Positions 59,151 to 64,000 of a stretch of DNA of 64,000 nucleotides are shown here, one piece after another. The stretch's first letter is position 1; every line of letters starts with the position of its first letter. Below the pieces are notes generated by a model. That model saw only the letters and a list, made by a program, of their open reading frames with translations, had not been told where the DNA came from and did no database searches. Origin of the DNA: Candidatus Micrarchaeota archaeon. Lineage in GTDB: Archaea > Micrarchaeota > Micrarchaeia > Anstonellales > Bilamarchaeaceae. The stretch lies in NCBI GenBank assembly GCA_038046765.1, contig JBBSVN010000005.1, positions 82,490 to 146,489 of the forward strand. The letters are read 5' to 3'. The position numbers were made by a program, and so were the translations under genes.

Positions 59151-60113
59151 ATGCACGTTCAAAATCCCGCTCAAAATTACCCTAGTCGCTCTAAAACATG
59201 TTTTCCTTTAATGTTGGCCGGAGCAGTACTATTTAGTTTTCAGCTTTATCTTGTTGCAAAAATATACGAAAAACCAATTCGAGATACGTCTTCTCGAGAT
59301 ACGCCTTCAGTTGCATTTAGCGAAAAAGATATGAATGAAGGTCTAGCTAAAACAACTTCAAAAAGAAATAGTTTTGAAATTAGACGTGCATTGCTTGAAG
59401 AAAATAAAACTCTAGTTGATCGACTCGAAGGATTGTCAAATCATTTAGAAACTAGATGCAGCAAAATTCCAAGACCAACTAAAATGGATCTTTATAAAGA
59501 CCCAGAAATCAATAAAATAAAAAAAGAGATACAAGAAATCGCATCAATACCAGAAAATGCAAGTTTACTTGTTGAATTGGAAAAATTAGTTGATAAAAAA
59601 TATATCGAATTAGAAAAACAAGAATCTCTAAATCTTCATTGTTATAATCGTTTAACTGGTGAAATGACTTCGATATCCGAACTCCTTGAAGCAAATCCTG
59701 ATTTTAATTGTAGTGCTAAGATGGGTGAGGATCGTATTCGGGTTGTTGGTTGCATTGTAGGCAGTGACTCGATATTTTCTATGCAAGTTGGAGAGTTAAA
59801 ATCAGCAATATATGATCGATTAACCGATTTAATTATTGCAAATCCCGAAAAAGTTCAATATATTTTGACGCAAGCGGGATCTCTCTCAGAAAGAGTTTTG
59901 TGGCCATACATCCGGATGTGCTTTGATTCTGATAAACCTTATCAAATTGATCAATTAATGCAGACTCTCGATAGTAATAATCAGAAAATAATAGTGGATG
60001 TTGTTGTTTCGATTGTAGAGACTACAGTGAATGATCAGAATCCAAAACCCATTCCGAAGTTTCAAAATCCCTTAATTGTTGATGCAATTAAGAAGCTGAA
60101 TCCAGATTACTAA
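59151..60113 (+). CDS. Hypothetical membrane-anchored protein
   Basis: N-terminal TM helix. Confidence 0.55.
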   Translation: MHVQNPAQNYPSRSKTCFPLMLAGAVLFSFQLYLVAKIYEKPIRDTSSRDTPSVAFSEKDMNEGLAKTTSKRNSFEIRRALLEENKTLVDRLEGLSNHLETRCSKIPRPTKMDLYKDPEINKIKKEIQEIASIPENASLLVELEKLVDKKYIELEKQESLNLHCYNRLTGEMTSISELLEANPDFNCSAKMGEDRIRVVGCIVGSDSIFSMQVGELKSAIYDRLTDLIIANPEKVQYILTQAGSLSERVLWPYIRMCFDSDKPYQIDQLMQTLDSNNQKIIVDVVVSIVETTVNDQNPKPIPKFQNPLIVDAIKKLNPDY

Positions 60114-60174
60114 TTATAAAAATAGTTTTTGATATGTTCTACTGTGTAACCTTAACCTAATCATTTGAGGTAAA

Positions 60175-60339
60175 ATGCAACAGGCAAGTTTTCAAAATGA
60201 GAATCTTCACTCACAAAACTTAGCAGTTATGCTTAAAGATAATTTAGATCAAGATAGTTCCTACGTTCTGCCCAAATTCGAAAACGCTCTAATTATATCT
60301 GCTATTAGAAGGGGTATTTCAGATTACCAAAAACATTAA
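60175..60339 (+). CDS. Small hypothetical protein (54 aa)
   Basis: GAGGT SD followed by ATG and an open frame. Confidence 0.35.
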   Translation: MQQASFQNENLHSQNLAVMLKDNLDQDSSYVLPKFENALIISAIRRGISDYQKH

Positions 60340-60385
60340 CCTTTAAAACATATTGTTTCTAATTATATAATAAGGTGTAAGACTT

Positions 60386-60970
60386 ATGCAAACTATAAAA
60401 AGTAGATTAAGATTAAGCGATGTTTATTCGATCCGAGCACGAATGAGTGCTGGTTTTAAGTCATTAATACAAGGAGAAAAATTTGGTTATGGAATTGCTA
60501 TGGAAGGTTTATCAAAAAATGGTTTACCTGCTAGCGTTCAGCTAAGTTATTTTAACAAAGTTTTCCCTCAAGGAAAAGGACTTAATCGTCAGGAGTTAGG
60601 TAAATTAGCCGATTTGCTTAAGCAACCGGGATTGGTATTAATACCACAAATACAAGAAAGAATTGCTAGTGCATTATTGCAAGATGTCCGAAATCAGACT
60701 ATATTATTCATAGAATATGACCGATCGGTTCACCTGGATTTGCATGCTCATGCAATTTTACTTCTAAATAGAGAAGGATTATCTGAAAAAGCAGCTGATT
60801 TAATTTCTCAAGTATATAATTTTGAACAAATATTTTCGCGTTTAGGTGACCCTAACTTCGCCACAAAACCTCATCGTTATCCTGTATCAATTAGTTTGCA
60901 TCGCGATAGAATATTTAGAACTAACCCTGGTTTGGAAAAATTGGGAAAATTGATTAAGGACGCAATTTAA
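60386..60970 (+). CDS. Hypothetical protein
   Basis: ORF only. Confidence 0.55.
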   Translation: MQTIKSRLRLSDVYSIRARMSAGFKSLIQGEKFGYGIAMEGLSKNGLPASVQLSYFNKVFPQGKGLNRQELGKLADLLKQPGLVLIPQIQERIASALLQDVRNQTILFIEYDRSVHLDLHAHAILLLNREGLSEKAADLISQVYNFEQIFSRLGDPNFATKPHRYPVSISLHRDRIFRTNPGLEKLGKLIKDAI

Positions 60971-60973
60971 TTT

Positions 60974-62140
60974 TTATCGTGTAACCTTAATCTCCTTAAC
61001 CTGTTCCAGATATTCCTGGTGCTTTGCAAAGTATTCTCTACTTGGCTTTAAAATTTCAATTAGTTCGCGTGCAACCGTAGCCTTCAAATCGACTGGATGC
61101 AGTTTTCCTTCTAAATATATTTTCTTTAGTTCATCTGCGTTCGTGATATCTAAATCTCCGCCAAATTTCTCTGGGCGTTCTACTTTCATGGGTTTATCGC
61201 GCAATACTAAGTATTCAGCATAATCTATCATTGGGTTTCCTTCGATAATCTTTTCTGGACAGTAGGCTTTTTTGATTTTATTTTTAATTTCTTCTTCGCT
61301 ATCATGGATAAATATTGCGCTATTTGGTACGCTTTTACTCATTTTTGCATCGATCTCAATGAGCTCTCGTGCCTCATTGAGAGCTCGAGAACGATCCGTC
61401 GTTCTCTGGATCTCTACTTGTTCAGTTTGCTCATGGCTCACTGCTCCTTGCCCACTGCTAGCGGGCACATTCATCTTTTGTGTTCCCTGTAAACCTGTTA
61501 GTAAATGATGATGCACTGCAACAAATTGTTTTTTGTAAGTATGGGATAATTCTTTAGCAAGCATGTGAACTTTTCTCTGGTCGGTTCCAGCATGAGCAAT
61601 CTGGACATCGAGTTTGAAAATATCTGCTGCCTGCATTGCCGGGTAAACTATTGATGCTGAACTAGTTGCTTCGGTTTCTTTTCTACCCATGATCGTAACG
61701 CATCTTAACATGCGATTTATCGTTGTGTCTTTGGTAATTTTTAGAACATCTTTCCAATAATCCCCATCATAAATGCTACTAGCTAGCACGTAATCAACTT
61801 GGTTTTCTTCTAAACCTAGAGAAATAAATGCATGCTTGAAATATCCTTTAGCAACTGCCTGGATTTTTTCTAAATCTCCACCAAGTTTCTCATTTATGTA
61901 AGCGTGATAATCAGCTAAGAAAATTGTTGGTTTAATCCCGGCAGCAAGAAAATCTTTTATTTTAAGACCATTGCAAAGTCCGCTTCCGATATGGACTAAA
62001 CCAGATATTTCAAACCCAACATAGTGGCGAGGATGAGCGTAATTTTCGAATATGCTTCTAAGTTCAGCTTCGGTTACAACTTCAGTTGTCGGTTTTCTTT
62101 TAACTAAATCTATTTTTGTTTCTATGTCCATGTGTATCAA
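60974..62140 (-). CDS. tyrS: Tyrosine--tRNA ligase (archaeal) with an insertion before KMSKS
   Basis: GFEISG-VHIG, YPAMQAADI, DQRK, KMSKS and LHPVDLK motifs. Confidence 0.95.
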   Translation of the reverse strand: MIHMDIETKIDLVKRKPTTEVVTEAELRSIFENYAHPRHYVGFEISGLVHIGSGLCNGLKIKDFLAAGIKPTIFLADYHAYINEKLGGDLEKIQAVAKGYFKHAFISLGLEENQVDYVLASSIYDGDYWKDVLKITKDTTINRMLRCVTIMGRKETEATSSASIVYPAMQAADIFKLDVQIAHAGTDQRKVHMLAKELSHTYKKQFVAVHHHLLTGLQGTQKMNVPASSGQGAVSHEQTEQVEIQRTTDRSRALNEARELIEIDAKMSKSVPNSAIFIHDSEEEIKNKIKKAYCPEKIIEGNPMIDYAEYLVLRDKPMKVERPEKFGGDLDITNADELKKIYLEGKLHPVDLKATVARELIEILKPSREYFAKHQEYLEQVKEIKVTR

Positions 62141-62345
62141 CTATGTCTGTGTTCTTTACTTATAACGAAGTGCAGTTTCTTACTATATACTTGTAGGATG
62201 ACGCACAAATATAATTCTTATGGCGTCATCAGCAGTATACCTTATTATATTGGTAAATATGTTATCTTAAATATCTGATTTTGTGTTAAAAGGTGGGTTT
62301 TTAAATGTTTTCTGGCATATTATATCTATATAAGTTAAAAGCTAG

Positions 62346-62786
62346 GTGAAAACTATGCAAGCACAAACAGGTTCCACAAGAAAAAGAGATAATGGATTAA
62401 TTATTCCAAAAAATCTATTCGAACTTGATTTAAGAATTCTCAATCTCTTTCCTAAAGCAGAAATTTTACCATCATCAACACGTACTACATGTCACGTTTC
62501 AAAAGACGGCAAATTTGGAACTATTGAAAAACGGTTTCTGGGAGATTCACCAGAGGAAGATGTAGTTTTATCATGGACAACTGAACCTAAATGGAGAGCT
62601 AGCTGCGTAGAATTCGGATATGGCATAAAATCCAAATCAGGTCGTTCAGATGATTCATGGGACGATGCAGTTTTTCCATCAAAAGAACAAGTTACACGGT
62701 TCAAAAAAGCAATAATTCTAGCTGCAAAATCTGATTCAGAAGTTGCTGCTTTTGTTAAATTATTTGGCGAACAAATGGGGCTTTAG
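62346..62786 (+). CDS. Hypothetical protein
   Basis: ORF only. Confidence 0.5.
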   Translation: MKTMQAQTGSTRKRDNGLIIPKNLFELDLRILNLFPKAEILPSSTRTTCHVSKDGKFGTIEKRFLGDSPEEDVVLSWTTEPKWRASCVEFGYGIKSKSGRSDDSWDDAVFPSKEQVTRFKKAIILAAKSDSEVAAFVKLFGEQMGL

Positions 62787-62798
62787 CAAGGTTTTCTT

Positions 62799-63350
62799 TT
62801 ATTCCAACTTCTTTAATCCTTTCCACCACTCACAGGAGTTCATGTTTTTCATTTCCTTTAGTATTTCTTTCGCGCTTTTTGTAGTTAATCTTTTCTCGCT
62901 TTCGTTTATCCAGTCGGCACATTCCTTGTAGCCAATTTCTACGTATTCTTTAGCCTGAAAAAACATTTCTAATAAATCTGCATCTTTTAGTATTAATTTC
63001 TCCTTTTCAGTTAGGACAAAATCAATTTGTATTGGTAAATTGGCCATCTGATCTTTAGTTATCCTTTCCTTTGCTTCTTTTGTATCTATATATCTTGCCA
63101 TTATCTTGTTAACATCGGTTAATCTTGTCTCAAGACAATCATGAAAAACTGCTGCACTGCAAATCTTTTCTGCATTTTCTTTTTCTAGTTTTGCAAGTAT
63201 ATATGCAATTGCAGCAACCCTAAAGCTATGTTCAGCAACCGATTCCGGATCCTTAACTGCGGCAATCCACCAACCGCTTCGTTTAACTCGCTTTAGCATA
63301 CCTAGTTCAAAAATAAGTTTTGATATTTCTTTCATAATAATTCCCTTCAT
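62799..63350 (-). CDS. HD-domain hydrolase (YfbR/HDDC2-like)
   Basis: LKRVKRSGW, ESVAEHS, FHD and DAD motifs. Confidence 0.88.
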   Translation of the reverse strand: MKGIIMKEISKLIFELGMLKRVKRSGWWIAAVKDPESVAEHSFRVAAIAYILAKLEKENAEKICSAAVFHDCLETRLTDVNKIMARYIDTKEAKERITKDQMANLPIQIDFVLTEKEKLILKDADLLEMFFQAKEYVEIGYKECADWINESEKRLTTKSAKEILKEMKNMNSCEWWKGLKKLE

Positions 63351-63895
63351 TCGCTATAATCTTCGTACGATAAATCACTAAACGAATAATCTATCGCATC
63401 TCTTTCAAATAACTGTTCGATATCTTCGCCTTTTAAGATCGAGCCGCTTTCCTGATTTATCACATACCGATCATTTTTGTATTCAAGTGATATATAATTA
63501 GTTTTTGATTTAGTAACTACTACCACGCAGTTTCCTGATCCTATTGAGCGAATCAGGGAACAAAGCAGTATTGATTTATCCATTTTTGTTCCAACTTTGA
63601 GGTTATCTATATCTTTCTCTGATAGCCAAAAATCAAAATTTAATTCTAAAACTTTTATTGTTTTTATATATTCAAGTATTTTTTCAAGTGCTTGTAAGAA
63701 ATTGTTTTCGTATTCATAATTTTTTATTTCGGTCGTTATCTGCTTTGATAAATTCTCAATAAATTTGTTGTATGGAGAACATTTTTGTCTAATGTCACTA
63801 ATAGATTTGGTTTCTTTTTCAGAAATCAAGTCCTTATATCTGGCAATAACCAAATCGTAAAATTTAATTTTTATGACTGCATCAATTTCGTCCAT
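63347..63895 (-). CDS. Hypothetical protein
   Basis: 182-aa ORF overlapping the HD gene start. Confidence 0.55.
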   Translation of the reverse strand: MDEIDAVIKIKFYDLVIARYKDLISEKETKSISDIRQKCSPYNKFIENLSKQITTEIKNYEYENNFLQALEKILEYIKTIKVLELNFDFWLSEKDIDNLKVGTKMDKSILLCSLIRSIGSGNCVVVVTKSKTNYISLEYKNDRYVINQESGSILKGEDIEQLFERDAIDYSFSDLSYEDYSE

Positions 63896-64000
63896 GCATT
63901 ATAATATAATACGATAATAATTAAGAGAGTTAGCTTAGGTCAAATCCAGTAGTTCCGAACTTCTTTTAACACATTAAAAATAGCCACTGTTTATTCTGAT

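Noticed and set aside
1203..62931. Many short antisense or nested ORFs in the track (e.g. 6772..7239, 16579..17121, 50809..51390)
   Set aside because: Shadows of well-supported genes on the opposite strand or frame.
1..64000. CRISPR array, rRNA, integrase, transposase or reverse transcriptase
   Set aside because: No regularly spaced repeats or recognisable motifs seen; any mobilising enzyme would have to be encoded elsewhere.

Overview
Low-GC archaeal chromosomal window, probably DPANN (Micrarchaeota-like; inferred from compact archaeal-type housekeeping genes and intron-rich tRNAs). It carries translation and secretion genes (rps7, rps12, rpl34e, rpl14e, cmk, cbf5, alaS, aspS, tyrS, dys, secD/F, Sec61-beta, thermosome), metabolic genes, three toxin-antitoxin pairs and many orphan ORFs. 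The most striking signal is at the RNA level. All 8 tRNA genes found are interrupted, by 11 BHB-type introns in the D-loop, anticodon loop and T-loop. One 78-nt intron occurs with an identical core in two different tRNAs at two different positions. Four tRNAs have homologous covarying structured leaders. Related hairpin modules recur in intergenic spacers and as an in-frame insertion in tyrS. An RNA-free RNase P (HARP) and two ATP-dependent RNA ligases are encoded in the same window. Together this suggests a family of small structured RNA/DNA elements that is spreading. All structures and family assignments were made by eye; no searches were run.
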